Shown here: one piece after another, positions 12,660 through 25,619 of the stretch | Layout of the letters: each line of letters starts with the position of its first letter | How positions within the stretch are numbered: position 1 is the stretch's first letter | Source of the DNA: Octopus vulgaris | Taxonomy: Eukaryota | Reading direction: 5' to 3' | Assembly: GCA_951406725.2 (NCBI GenBank) | Contig: OX597823.1 | Coordinates: 117,056,001-117,120,000, forward strand | DNA: 64,000 nucleotides | Notes under the pieces: generated by a model | Seen by the model: the letters and a program-made list of their open reading frames with translations, nothing else | The model's database searches: none | What the model was told of the DNA's origin: nothing | Made by a program: the position numbers and the translations under genes

Positions 12660-13309
12660 AAAATAAATACAGCTATTTCCTTTCATGTAGTTTTCGTTTG
12701 TTTTTATAAAGAACTCAATACAAAGAGACGGAATGTAAAAAATAGAAATCAAATTTGGAGTGAAGAAAATACACATCAAATAAATGTTAGACATGAGAAA
12801 TTGGCATAAAAGACACATCTAATTGCATTTCAGACTTTAACAGCTTGGGTACAGTACCATAGAAAGTACAACAAGATACTTTTGTGCCATTCACACCTGT
12901 GGCTCTCTCTCTCTCTCTCTCCTTCTTCTTTATGCTTCTGCTGCAGTTTAAGGCCATGCTAGTTGTTATAGTTGTGCTTTTAAACTTGTCAACCTATACT
13001 ATTATCAAAAGGTATCTTTGTATATTCATCACTTTATAAGAAAGGAAATATATATGGAAAAATATAATTAAGTTGTGGTATGTGTGTGTGCATATATGTG
13101 TGTGTGTGTATATATGTATGTATATGTATGTATGTGTATATATATATATATATATCTTTATTTATGTGTGTGTATATGTATTCATATAACAGGTGTTAAA
13201 GGATGATGATGGTGATGATATATATATATATATATTTATATATACACACTCACACACATATATATACATATATATATATATATGTACATACATGCATATA
13301 TACAGATAT

Positions 13310-13545
13310 ACATACATATAAATAGTTAATCCAAACATGAAAACACAAAGAGAAAACACAACAATGTGAAGACATGGAACAAATATAGTGTTATTGGATG
13401 CTCAGGAAAGGAAAGGAAAGAAAGAAGGAGGATTTAATGTTCCGAATGGAGCTCTTCATCAGAAACATAGGAAAAGGAAAGACCCAAGGAAAGGAAGATG
13501 GAGGAAAAAAAAATCGCCAACAATACACACGCGGTCACATATTGA
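13310..13545 (-). mobile_element. Penelope-like terminal-repeat fragment with degenerate hammerhead motif
   Basis: Minus strand TTTCTGATGAAGAGCTCCATTCGGAACATTAAA at 13433-13466; (TA)n upstream; similar layout to 25439-25610. Confidence 0.4.
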
Positions 13546-13746
13546 ATGACCAGAAGGGAATGGGTGAAGAAAAAGTTCTTTCAAAGACAGGAGAGTGCAA
13601 GAGAAGGAGGTATGTGTGGGTATGTGCGTGCGCGCAAGTCCGAGTGTGTGTGTGTGGTGTATGTGTGTATATGTATGTGTGTGTGTAATGATAGCACGTG
13701 TGTGTGTGTGTGGTTGTGGCTGTTAATCTGTGTGTGGTGGGGCTAT

Positions 13747-13777
<31 letters not shown>

Positions 13778-13780
<3 letters not shown>

Positions 13781-15334
13781 CATCATCATCGTTTAGCGTC
13801 TGCGTTCCATGCTAGTATGGGTTGGACGGTTCAACTGCGGTCTGGGAAGCCACATGGCTGCACCAGGCCCAGTCTGATCTGGCAAAGTTTCTACGGCTGG
13901 ATGCCCTTCCTAACGCCAACCACTCCATGAGTGTAGTGGGAGCATTTTACGTGCCACCGGCACGGAGGCCAGGCAAGGCTGGCAACGGCCATGATCGGAT
14001 GGTGCTTTTTACATGCCACCGGCACGTGGCCAGTCGGGGCGGCACTGGCAACAGCCACATTCGGATGGTTCTCTTACGTACCACCAGCACTGGTATCACA
14101 ACTGCAATTTCCATTGATGTTGATCGATTTTGATTTTGATTTTGGATTTTCACTTGCCTCAACAGGTCTTCACAAGTAGAGTTTTGTGTCCCAAGAAGGA
14201 AAGGTATGCATAAGTGGACTGGCTACATCCCAGGTAGAGGCCATGGGTTATGGTCTCACTTGTCCTGCCGGGTCTTCTCATGCACAGCATACTTCCAAAG
14301 GTCTCAGTCTCTAGTCATTTCCTCGGTGAGACCTAAAGTTCGAAGGTCGTGCTTCACCACTTCATCCCAGGTTTTCCTGGGTGTGCCTAATCCAAAGGTT
14401 CCCTCACCGCTAGGGTGTGGCACTTTTTCACACAACTATCTTCATCCATTCTCACCACATGACCATACCAGCGCAAATGTCTCTCTTGCACACCACAACT
14501 GATGCTTCTTAGGTTCCACATTTCTCTCAAGGTACTTACACTCTGTTGAGTATGAACACTGACATTACACATCCATCGGAGCATACTGGCTTCATTTCTT
14601 GTGAGCTTACACATATCCTCAGCAGTCATGGCCCATGTTTCACTGCCATGTAGCATGGCTATTCGTACACATGCATCATACAGTCTGCCTTTTACTTTGA
14701 GCGAGAGGCCTTTTGTCACCAGCAGAGGTAAGAGCTCTCTGAACTTTGCCCAAGCTATTCTTACTCTAGCAGTTACACTTTCAGCACACCCGCCCCCGCT
14801 ACTGACTTGGTCACCTAGGTAACGGAAGCTATCAACTATTTCTAGTTTTTCTCCCTGGAATGTGGCAGAAGTTGGTCTCAGAGCATTTTCAGTGTTTATT
14901 GCTCCTGAGCATCTGCCACATACAAAAACTATCTTCCTAGTTAGCCTTCCTTTGACGTTGCTGCACCTCTTATGTGTCCAGAGCTTACACTTGGTGCATC
15001 TTATAGAGTTTCTACCTACGCTTTTTCTACAGATCGAGCAGGGCCATCTACCTGAAGGCGTTTGCGACTTGTCTACCTTCCTACTTATAAGGACTTTGGT
15101 TTTAGCTAGGTTGACTTTAAGGCCCTTCGATTCTAATCCTTGTTTCCACACCTGAAACTTCTCCTCCAGTTCTGATAGTGACTCAGCAATTAGAGCAAGG
15201 TCATCAGCATAGAGGAGCTCCCAGGGGCATCCTGTCTTGAATTCCTCCGTTATTGCCTGGAGGACTATGATAAATAGGAGGGGGCTGAGGACTGTGCCTT
15301 GGTGGACCCCTACCTCTACCCGGAATTCTTCACT
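13778..15334 (-). mobile_element. 5'-truncated RTE-clade LINE (RT C-half, PHD finger, C-terminus, 3' UTR, (ATG)n tail)
   Basis: ORF 14387-15463 encodes GVHQG..SPLLF, YADD (15200-15211), FRYLGD, WYGHVVRM; after a frameshift near 14412 it continues GTPRKTWDEVVKHDL..KTRQDK* (stop 14256-14258); 3' UTR ends in (GAT)n at ~13780. Confidence 0.9.
14256..15334 (-). pseudogene. RTE reverse transcriptase remnant with embedded C4HC3 zinc finger; the N-terminal part of the track ORF is microsatellite read-through
   Basis: RT motifs as above; finger at 14909-15040; one frameshift and one late stop. Confidence 0.85.
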
Positions 15335-16020
15335 GTATGTATACATACATATATATATATACATACATATATATATATATATACATACACACACACATAC
15401 ATACATACATACATATATATATACGCACTCTTTTATTTGTTTCGCTGATAGGTCTGTGGACATCCTGAAGCAGCTCCTTGAAGACTTTCGCTGATCAAAC
15501 CGACTGTCCTACTTACTTTCTTAAAGTCTTGTTTATATTCTATCAGTCTCTATTTTCAAGACCATTATTTTCATGGAAACATAAACAAACCAACATCAGA
15601 TATCAAATGACAAGAGGCAAACAGAAAAATGTGTACCTGCTCACATACAAACACAAGCACTCACCTGCATAAACTGTATACAACATCTCTCCACACAATT
15701 TTCTTCAACCAAAGTCATTCACAACACATAAGTCAGTTGGGATCGTGGTTAAAAATATTTTCCCAAGGTGCCAGGCTGTGAGGCTGAACCAGAATCCACA
15801 TGGTTACAAAGTAGAATTATTAACAACACACCCATGCCTGCTATACGCTTGTTGATATAAACAAGGCTATCATATATCATATTCAATAATATGCATAAAT
15901 AAGTATATATGTGTGTGTATGTATACACACAACACCCATGGGCACTCGTTCACACACACGTGCGCACACACACACACACACACAAATATATGTGTGTGTG
16001 TGTTTGTGTGTGTGTGTATA

Positions 16021-16160
16021 GTGCAGGCGTGGCTGTGTGGTAAGAAGCTTGCTTTCTAACCACATGGTTCCAGGTTCAGTCCTATTGCATTCTTCTACTA
16101 CTATAGCTTCAGGCTGACCAAAGCCTTGTGAGTGGATTTGGTAGAGGAAAACTGAAAAAC
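16021..16160 (+). mobile_element. SINE-B head
   Basis: GCAGGCGTGGCTGTGTGGTAAG..GGTTCAGTCC. Confidence 0.7.
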
Positions 16161-16198
16161 CTCTCTGTGTGTATGTAAGTATGTATGTATGTGTGTCA

Positions 16199-16560
16199 GG
16201 TCACTTTTGAGTGCTACTGGTAACATGTAACCCAGTACAACCTGATGCATGGTCGGGTCGTCGGCGACTAAACCGGCAACCGCACCAAGCTTGCTTGGTG
16301 AGGAGGGTGTTTATTGGACACCCTGCGGGATGAAAAACAAAACCCGTCAAAGGGCGGAGGATCTCTTGAGAGCCAACGGCCATCCAATAAATGTCTCAAG
16401 GCTGTATCATGCGTGGGGACATAGAAATAATCGGACTGAATACCCAATCGTGCGGTTAAACCATTGGGAGTGAAGGACTCCCAGCCTTTGTTAGAGCATC
16501 CTTCTAGGAGAAGGTAACTCAGGTAACTGGGATAACTCCGACATAAATCCTGCGGCTCAG
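16199..16560 (+). mobile_element. GC-rich segment, possibly a LINE 5' UTR fragment
   Basis: CpG-rich relative to flanks; GAGGAGGGTG..ACCCTGCGGGATGAAAAAC resembles LINE leader sequences; no ORF support. Confidence 0.25.
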
Positions 16561-16741
16561 TGGTTACCGATGATGTTGACTTGTTCTTCTTTTCGGATTA
16601 TGGCTGCCGTTGCTTATTGAGTGGGATTGATTCTGTGCACATCCTTTCCCCATTTAAAAAAAAAATCTTCTTGCACAGGCATTGCACGATAATAACATTG
16701 ATTAAGCTTCATGTAATGGCCATACTCGATATATATATAAA

Positions 16742-17298
16742 CAAGCAAAATGTCCCCCGTCCGATGGACGGTGCTGAATCATATCTGCTGAATAAAAAGC
16801 AATCAGTATTTTCTTTTCATTAAAAAATAATTAAGCATGCCTTTATTTCAATTAAATTTGAGCGCAATCGGATGGAGGATGCCCAAGATCCTAGAAGACA
16901 CACAGACAGAACGGATTTTATATAATAGACGACCATCCCATAGGCCTCTCCTTTGAGAAACACTGATTTAATCTAAATTTGAGACACCAGCAAAAGAAGA
17001 AATAAAGATAGACTTTTTTCTATTCCAAAGAAAAACGATTTTTATTCACACAAATATGCAACCGAAGTGTTTAAAGTACCAGTAAGTTCATCGCAACAGC
17101 TGATGTACTTGCACATACAAATGCACGTTCCCATGGCTTTATCGATCACATTCTCACTTGTCCTTCCTAATTTTTTCAAGACTTATACACGCCCTGATAC
17201 TGTTGGTATCTACATATCAAATTTGAGCACAATCAGATGGAGGATGCCCGAGATCCTAGAAGACACACACAGACAGACGGAAGGGATTTTATATAATA
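16742..17298 (-). mobile_element. Composite non-autonomous Helitron (two 5' ends, one 3' end)
   Basis: TATATAAAATCC..GTCTGTGTG 5' motif at ~17298 and again at 16929; 3' hairpin CCGTCC-ATC-GGACGG then CTTG|T; homologous to 41996-42371. Confidence 0.7.
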
Positions 17299-17657
17299 TA
17301 TATATATGCACATACACACACACATTAACATTCAAACATGCACATATAAGCAGATACAGATAATAACACCCTCATCAGTGATTTACATCTATTTTTGTTC
17401 GCTGGCACAGGTTGGACAGCTTTTTTGACTCAGTATTTCATGGTTGGATGCACTTCCTGTCACCAGTATTTTTAGTTGCCTTTTATAACATGCAGGGACA
17501 CGGTGTCCCTATTCTAGAACCAGAATACACACATTTAAGATATACATATACACATATACACTCATATATATATAGATACATAGATAGATAGACAGATACA
17601 GATAGATAGATAGATACAGGCATACATACATTCATACATATATATATATGTATGTAC

Positions 17658-17743
<86 letters not shown>

Positions 17744-18060
17744 GAGAATGAGTGTGTGTGTGTGTTTGTGTATGTATGTATATATAATGCACATTCATTT
17801 GTAAAGTTGGTGTGAACACATGGCTAGAATATTTAATAAATATGATTAGATTAATGGAGAATTTGGATGAAGTAATTCAACTGAGTGTTTTGACATTAAT
17901 CTGAATGGATGAGATAATAGAGTGTGAGGTTGATAGGATATCAGTAAATGCACACAACTGCTCTGTCCTTCATCGTACCGTACGAAACTGTAGCAAAACA
18001 AATGATTGTTGGTGTAATCAGGGGATGGTTTCAATGAGATCCATTGAGGAAAAAACATAA

Positions 18061-18270
18061 CTCTCTTTTACTTGTTTCAGTCACTTGACTGGGGCCATGC
18101 TGGAGCACCAGCTTTAGTCTAGCAAATCGACCCCAGGACTTATTCTTTGTGAGCCTAATGCTTATTCCATCAGTCCCTTTTGCCGAGCCGCTAAGTTACG
18201 GGGACATAAACACGCCATCATCGGTTGTCAAGCGATGTTGTGGGGGACAAACACAGACACACAAACATAT

Positions 18271-18311
<41 letters not shown>

Positions 18312-18557
18312 CCAACAGTATATTGGATAAATGATATTCCATAGTGGGTTACACCCATAACCTCTATCTTACTTTGTACTACATATATATACATTTATAC
18401 GACGGGCTTCTTTCAGTTTCCGCCTACTAAATCCACTCACAAGGCTTTGGTTGGCCTGAGGCTAAAGTAGAAGACACTTGCCTAAGATGCCATGCAGTGG
18501 GACTGAGCCCAGAATCATGTGGTTGGTGAGCAAGCTACTTACCACACAGCCACTCCT
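18061..18557 (-). mobile_element. Bipartite SINE-B with internal microsatellite
   Basis: Same architecture as 7308-7739. Confidence 0.75.
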
Positions 18558-19091
18558 CTGCCTGGAAAGAAATCTTTGGACAGTATTTCTAGCCTTGGAA
18601 ATCCACTGTTTTTATTACCAAGGGATTTTTTTCCTGTTGAAATATTTTAGTCAGAAGACAGAACAGGTGCAGGCATATGTGTGAGTGGTTGTTTATCAAG
18701 GTTGGGTGGGGGACGATAAATCTTTTATTACTTTCTGATATTGCTGTGAGCAGAATCACAGCCAAGTTCAGAGTTATTATGCAGCTGATCAATTTGCTTA
18801 GATATACCTGTACTCATAAGGATAGGAGTTTAGGGAGGCACCTGAGTGAAGGAAGTTCTTCTAGGTGATTATTTTCTTGGCCAAGCAGAGTTTCTACCAC
18901 CTACAACTGTTGAACTAAGATTTACACTTTTCCAGTATCTTCTATTTGATGTCATAGCATGCTGCATGTTTCTTCATTAACTGTATGTCTCTCTATAATT
19001 GTGACATGGTTCATCCGTTGGAAATTAAAGGTGCTCTTTGGGTTATTGAACCTGATCCTGAATGGACTTTCTGTCCTGTCCACGTATTCTT

Positions 19092-19522
19092 TTATACTCT
19101 TGGCACAAGGCTCGACATTTTAGGGGAGGGGTCCAGTCAATTAGATCGACCCCAGTACATAACTGGTACTTAATTTATCGATCCTGAAAGGATGAAAGGC
19201 AAAGTTGACCTCGACGGAATTTGAACTCAGAATGTAAAGACAGCCAAAATATCGCTAAGCATTTCACCTGGCAAGCTAACATTTCTTTTTTATTTACTGC
19301 CCACAAGGGGCTACACACAGAGGGGACAAACAAGAACAGACAAACAGATTAAGTCGATTATATTCGTTACTTATTTATTTAATCAACTTTCTTATTTAAT
19401 CGACCCCGAAAGGATGAAAGGCAAAGTTGACCTTGGCAGAATTTGAACTCAGAACGTAGTGGCAGACGAAATACCGCTAAGCATTTCGCCCGGTGAGCTA
19501 ACATTTCTGCCAGCTGACTGCC
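19092..19522 (-). mobile_element. Two adjacent SINE-A copies
   Basis: Two GAATTTGAACTCAGAA B-box complements (~19217, ~19439). Confidence 0.75.
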
Positions 19523-20121
19523 CTTGCCTGTCCACATATTGCCATACATCTGTTGATCCTAGGATCCTTCAAGCCCACATCCACCCTGATACATAACAGT
19601 TTCTGTATTGTATTAGTTATTTAGTGACCATATCTCATTATATTTGCATGAGCAGCCATCATTTAGTTTAGGTTTAGCCCTACTTACTAGTATATATTTT
19701 TATGTTAGGTGCATAGCTAAAAGACACTCCCAAAGCATATCTATCACAGATTTCTCTGTAATCGATGTGTTTGGGGGTGGGAGCAATGTTTATTGACTGA
19801 ACTAAGAAAGATCATACTTACACAAGCTTTCTTATTAAAGAATAGTGAGGGCGTAACGAAAATATTTACTTTCTATCAAAATATGCTACTGGTTTCAATC
19901 ATTTTATAAGTTGTTTTAGTCATACTATAAAATACAAAAATGGGAAAATATGTTGAGATAAATTGAGATTAATTTCTCATGATATCAGTTCTGAACGTTC
20001 ACATTTTTCTTATAAAATTTACATGGCACTGGTTTCATCCGATGGTTGAGTCGTAGTAGTAGATGTTGGCGACAGCGGTGGTAGTCACAGTGATGGCAGT
20101 GGTGACAGTGACAGCAGCAGT

Positions 20122-20320
20122 GGAGGTGCAATGGCCCCATGGCTAGGGCAGCGGACCCATGGTCGTAAGAAAGCGGTTTCGATTCCCAGACTGGGCATTG
20201 TGAGTGTTTATTGAGCAGAAATACCTAAGCTCCACGTAGCTCCATCGGAGAGGAGGGTGGTGAACCCTGCTGTACTCTTTCACCACAACTTTCTCTCACT
20301 CTTTCTTCCTACTTCTGCCA
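20122..20320 (+). mobile_element. tRNA-derived SINE (SINE-E)
   Basis: GGAGGTGCAATGGCCC..GGTTTCGATTCCCAGAC head shared with 29872 and 63726. Confidence 0.7.
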
Positions 20321-21293
20321 CAAAGCAGAGGAACCATGGTGTAACCCACTATGGTGTGGTAAAACTTTCAGACCCTAGTCTAGATTGCAAATCCTCTGTA
20401 CCCCAGAATGGTTCAGCTCTCCACCCATTAAAAGCCACCATTTACGGAATGAGGTTAACAACGTAGCTTTCACACCTGTACAACCACCAGCCTGTCGCGT
20501 GTGGTGGGTGGATCTTCAAGTTGCTGCAAGCATTCTTAGTAGCTTAGAGTAGGATCGAATTAGATATTATTCTTTGTGGCTAATGGCGTGAGTCCTGATT
20601 GGAAGAAGAATAAGAAATAGCAGCAGTAGTAGTAGTAGTGAGGACAGCAGCATTGGTGATAACAATGGTGACAGCAGTGGCAACAGTGATGAAGATGTCA
20701 ACAACAGCCCAGTGGCCATCAGAAGGAAAGCAAGAACCCACAACATAGGAATTCTGTAAAAAAAAAAATTATCAACTGCCAAAACTGATATCATGAAAGA
20801 TTAATTGAATTTAATTTAATTAATTTCAATCTATTTCCCTTTCTCTTACAGTAAGATTTATATGTCTTATAAAATGATTTAAACTAGTAGCATATTTTGA
20901 TAACAATTGAAACTTTTTTTTCTTTCAGCACAAGATGAATTTCTGAAAGCATATTCTTCTCTTTGATTTTAATACATATATATGTATGCATGTGTGTGTG
21001 TGTGTGTGTGTGTGTTTGTGTGTGTGTGTGCAATGCTTCCTTTTAGTTTCCATTTACCAAATTCACTCACAATACCAGAAGACCCTGACCCAGGGTCTCG
21101 GCAATTGGGACTGAACCTAAAGCCATGTGATTAGAAAACGGACTTCTTAAACACACAACTATGCTTGCACTTATCTTTCACACTACTTACCTGTCTTACT
21201 ATCTAGCTATCTCTCACTCCCCCTCCTTCCCTTGCTCTCTCCGTCTCTCTCTCTTTAATCTAACCTCTCTACCTCTTCATCTTTCAATACTCT

Positions 21294-21691
21294 CTTTTAC
21301 TCTTTTACTTGTTTCAGTTATTTGACTGTCGCCATGCTGGAGCACCGCCTTTAGTCGAGCAAATCAACCCCAGGACTTATTCTTTGAAGCCTAGTACTTA
21401 TTCTATCATTCTCTTTTGCTGAACCGCTAAGTTACAGGGACGTAAACCCACCAGCATCAGTTGTCAGCGATGTTGGGGGAACAAAGACAGACACACAAAC
21501 ATATACACACTCATATACATATATATATGTATACATATATACTACGGGCTTCTTTCAGTTTCCATCTACCAAATCCACTCACAAGGCTTTGGTCGGCCCG
21601 AGGCTATAGTAGAAGACACTTGCCCAAGGTGCCATGCAGTGGGACTGAACCCGGAACCATGTGGTAAGCTACTTACCACACAGCCACTCCT
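21294..21691 (-). mobile_element. Bipartite SINE-B with internal microsatellite
   Basis: Same architecture as 7308-7739. Confidence 0.8.
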
Positions 21692-22225
21692 ATGCCATAA
21701 CTTATTTCTCCTACTTTGTTACACAAACACACACACTCACAGACTTGCAATCATACACATTTGCTATAGCTCCTGTATACAACCACTATCTTTTATTCAC
21801 CTGCATCTTTCCCATTTCACCTCTTCACCCTTCCTACACTAAAATATATCCTAATCTACCTCCACATTTAGCTTTCATTACTTTGCCCACTCCTTCTGCA
21901 AACTCTGTATATAATCCCACTGGATTTACACCACTGCACAAATTATGCAACCACCCACATTTTTATATACCTTATTCCACAATCCATGCCATGACATATT
22001 CTATGTTACCACTGACACCTACATATTCATATGTATGTGCGTGTGTGCGTGTGTGTGTACTTTATTCCACTTCCCATGCCACAACTTGACAAGTGTTTCA
22101 CCATCCACTCAGTTTACCCCCCACTCCCCAACCTCCAATCTTTCAGAATAGTTTTAAAATGCATAACTGTATTTAGTCAAGCAAGATCCATTTTATACAA
22201 ACATTCATATGTGGCGGGGTATATA

Positions 22226-23097
22226 CAGGGTGCAGTGAATAAACTGTCATCGAAATTGCACAAAAAATGAAAACAACACTGACATCTCAATTTAACAGAT
22301 ATATTTATCAAAAGTACATAAAAATATCTGGAAATACGAAAGAGTAAATTTATTCAATAAAATTGCCATTGGCTTCAACCACAGCCTCCAAACAACTTCA
22401 GAATCTCCTGCAAATCTTCTGGATGGGCCCCTTGTTTAAGTTGGTGAATGCTGCCATAATCCTTGGCTTTTCTTTATCTTTGGTGTTACAAGGAGTTTTG
22501 TTGGTCTCTTGCTCAACTGCGCCCCACATATAATAATGAAGGGGGTTGCAGTCTGGGCAGTTCGATGGCTAGATTTTAGGGGTGATGTGGTCACAGAAAT
22601 TATCTGACAGCCATGAATGGCTTCTCCTACTTTTGTGGCATGACACAGAGTCTTGTTGCCAGACATAGGGTCTTCCAGCAGCCACACTCTTGACCCAGGG
22701 CAGCACTACCTCCTCTAGGCATTTGTTGTATGTCTCTGTCTTGAATCTGAGGACATGTGGGAAGATGAATGGAGGCATAACATCGCCATCACTAGCGTTC
22801 ACTCCAAACACCATGATGTTGACTAAATGTTTGGTTTTTATCCCCTCAGTACATGTCTTCAGATTGCACATGTCTTCAGATTGACACCCAAACACTCTGA
22901 AATGTTCATATTGGAGCTTCCAGCATGAATCCCTAACAGTACAGCTTGTTGTTTCCAAATTTCTGGCAGAATGAATTGCATCATGGTGCTGTTTCCCTCA
23001 CAGACTGTCCAACCATACTGTGCAGCTAACATAATCAAAAACCAACAATGTGCATGCAGGAAATTAAGAATGATGACAATTGACCCATTGCACCCTG
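22226..23097 (-). mobile_element. Internally deleted Tc1/mariner (DD37D, maT-like) transposon
   Basis: TA-flanked imperfect 26-bp TIRs (CAGGGTGCAGTGAATAAACTGTCATC at 22226; GATGACAATTGACCCATTGCACCCTG ending 23097); translation MVFGVNASDG..VWQQD-37aa-[H]YYMW. Confidence 0.85.
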
Positions 23098-24427
23098 TAA
23101 GTGTGTGTGTATACACATGTGTATATATATATACATACACACACATAGAAATGCATGTATATATGTGTTCAGTATTCAATTAAAAATACCTGACTCTTTT
23201 CATTGCAGCTACACATCACACATCCACCCTCTTCTCTTCCTCTGCCATCTTCCAGTCAGGCATTCAGCAACTGAAATTTATCAAGGAATCTTTCCTATTG
23301 CAAAGACCCTTGTGAATGTATGTGTGTGTGTGGATGCATATATACATACACATGCACACACATAAATACACACTTGTGTTTGAAGCATGTTACATCTATG
23401 CTTATTGTGTGGAGAGAAAACATTATTTCTTTTAGCGTAAAAAGGTTTCCTCTGCTTTTTATTTATTTCAAACATCTTTGTTGCTGATTGACTTTGCATA
23501 TTTGAATTGAAATTTTTCACTTAAGGTGAAATAGTATTATTTGTGCATATGCACCACACACTCACACACTCACACATATGCATGTGTGTTTATATATCAT
23601 CCTTATTATTATACATCCATTTTTTTATTATTCTAGATGTTGGATGTGTTCCCTCCAGTACAGTGCTTTGCCATTTTTTGTAATTATTTGTCATCTATTT
23701 ACTGATGATCTGTCTCCTGATATCGGCTTTCACCCCCTTTCTCCATAACTTCTTTACTCTTCCTCTGTAACTGATATTAGGTACCCCCTGTAACCCACCT
23801 ACAATGTGAACAACAACTAATCTTCTGCCTTGATATGTTATACATTCACAGTTTGAACTACTGACTTACCTTCCTCTAGCACTCTATAATCTATGAACTC
23901 ACAGACACACACACAGACCAAGTATCACCACCCCAAAACGCATAGATGAGACTTTCCCAAGCGCATATATGCACATCTTTCACAAACTCACACGTAAACT
24001 ACATTCATTCCCACTTTCACACACACACACACACACACACACATACATTTCATTCACCTACATCCATTTACCACTTCTGTTATTGTTGTCGTTCCCAAGA
24101 CAATACCCACTTCTTAATGTGCCTTTCTCCCATGTGAGACATTACTGAAATGATATAAACTTCTTCTCTTCTTCCAAACATGTATTTTTTTATCTCTGTC
24201 TCTCCTCTCTCTCTGTCTCATCAAATGACCACTAAAACATCAAACATTTCCACCATTCTTTACAGCATGAAACTAATAAATGTTCACATCTTTATCTTGT
24301 ACTTTTTCATTGTACTCTGCACTCTAAGTGAAGCAAAGATTCTACACTCACACATACACATATGTGTGGTGTGTTGGTGATGGTGTCTTTCTCTCTCTCT
24401 TCCCCCTCTCTCTCTCTCTGTATATAT

Positions 24428-24800
24428 ACACCACAGGCTTGCTTCAGTTTCCATCTACCAAATCCACTCACAAGGCTTTGGTCTGCTCAAGACACTTACC
24501 GAAGGTTCCACACAATGGTTCTGAAAGCAAACTTCTTATTTCTTTACTGCCCCCAAGGGGCTAAACACAGAGAGGACAAACAAGGACAGACAAACGGGTC
24601 AAGTCGATTATATTGACCCCAGTGGTAACTGGTACTTATTTAATCGACCCCGAAAGGATGATAGGCAAAGTCGGCCTCAGTGGAATTTGAACTCAGAACG
24701 TAACGGCAAACGAAATACTGCTAAGCATTTCACCAGGCGTGCTAATGTTTCTGCCAGCTCACTGCCTCTGAAAGCAAACTTCTTACCACACAGCTATGCC
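24428..24800 (-). mobile_element. SINE-B head interrupted by a SINE-A insertion
   Basis: SINE-B sequence resumes after a 19-bp TSD. Confidence 0.75.
24539..24766 (-). mobile_element. SINE-A with 19-bp TSD
   Basis: TCTGAAAGCAAACTTCTTA at 24520-24538 and 24767-24785. Confidence 0.9.
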
Positions 24801-25058
24801 AGTGCAGTGCCATATAAAAGCACCTGTGCGGTGTCATGTAAAAAAATCCCATGCGGTGTCATACAAAAGTGCCCGTGTGGTGTCATGTAAACAAACCCAG
24901 CACACTTTGTAAATTGGTTGGCATTAGGAAGAGCATCCAGCCATAGAAACCATGCCAAATCAGACTGGAGCCTGGTGCAGCTCCCCAGCTTGCCAGCTCT
25001 ACTAAAACCATCCAACCCATGCCAGCATGGATAACAGGCATTAAATGATGATGATGAT
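24800..25058 (+). mobile_element. RTE 3'-tail repeat (family D) with ~24-bp units
   Basis: Family D body and (GAT)n tail. Confidence 0.7.
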
Positions 25059-25138
25059 GTATATATATATATATATACAGAGAGAGAGAGAGAGAGATAG
25101 ATAGGTAGGTAGGTTGGTAGACAGACCGACAGACAGAC

Positions 25139-25212
<74 letters not shown>

Positions 25213-25524
25213 GCAGACAGATAAATAGATATATAGGCACAGGCATGGTAGTACGAAGTTACTTCTCAACCACAGGGTTTCAGGTTCAATTCTATTATGT
25301 GGTACATTGAGTAAGTGTATTCTGCTGTAGCCACAAGATGACCAAAACTTTTTGAGTGAATTTGATAGATGGAAACTGAAAGACATCTGTTGTATATATA
25401 TATATATATATATTTTTATGTGTGTGTGTGTGTGTGTATAGGGGGAGAATTCACAAAAGACAAAGGACAGGTGGTGTAGACAACAAACAGATGTATTAGT
25501 ATAATGCTCGAGAAGTGAAAAAGT

Positions 25525-25560
25525 CTTTAACATTTCAAGCCTACGCTCTTCCTCAGAAAG
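25525..25560 (-). ncRNA. Minimal type I hammerhead ribozyme-like motif (slightly decayed)
   Basis: CUUU-CUGAGGA-A-GAGC-GUAG-GCUU-GAA-AUGU-U-AAAG: helix I CUUU/AAAG, helix II GAGC/GCUU. Confidence 0.55.
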
Positions 25561-25619
25561 AAACAAGGAAAGAAAATAAAGAATGTGTAGTGGCTAGCGA
25601 TCTATCATAGCATATATAT

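Noticed and set aside
14387-15463. 358-aa ORF as a functional host gene
   Set aside because: The start derives from microsatellite sequence, there is no endonuclease or N-terminal RT, and the C-terminus is frameshifted; it is a truncated LINE
18700-19080. Possible further LINE C-terminal remnant
   Set aside because: Similarity too weak to support by eye
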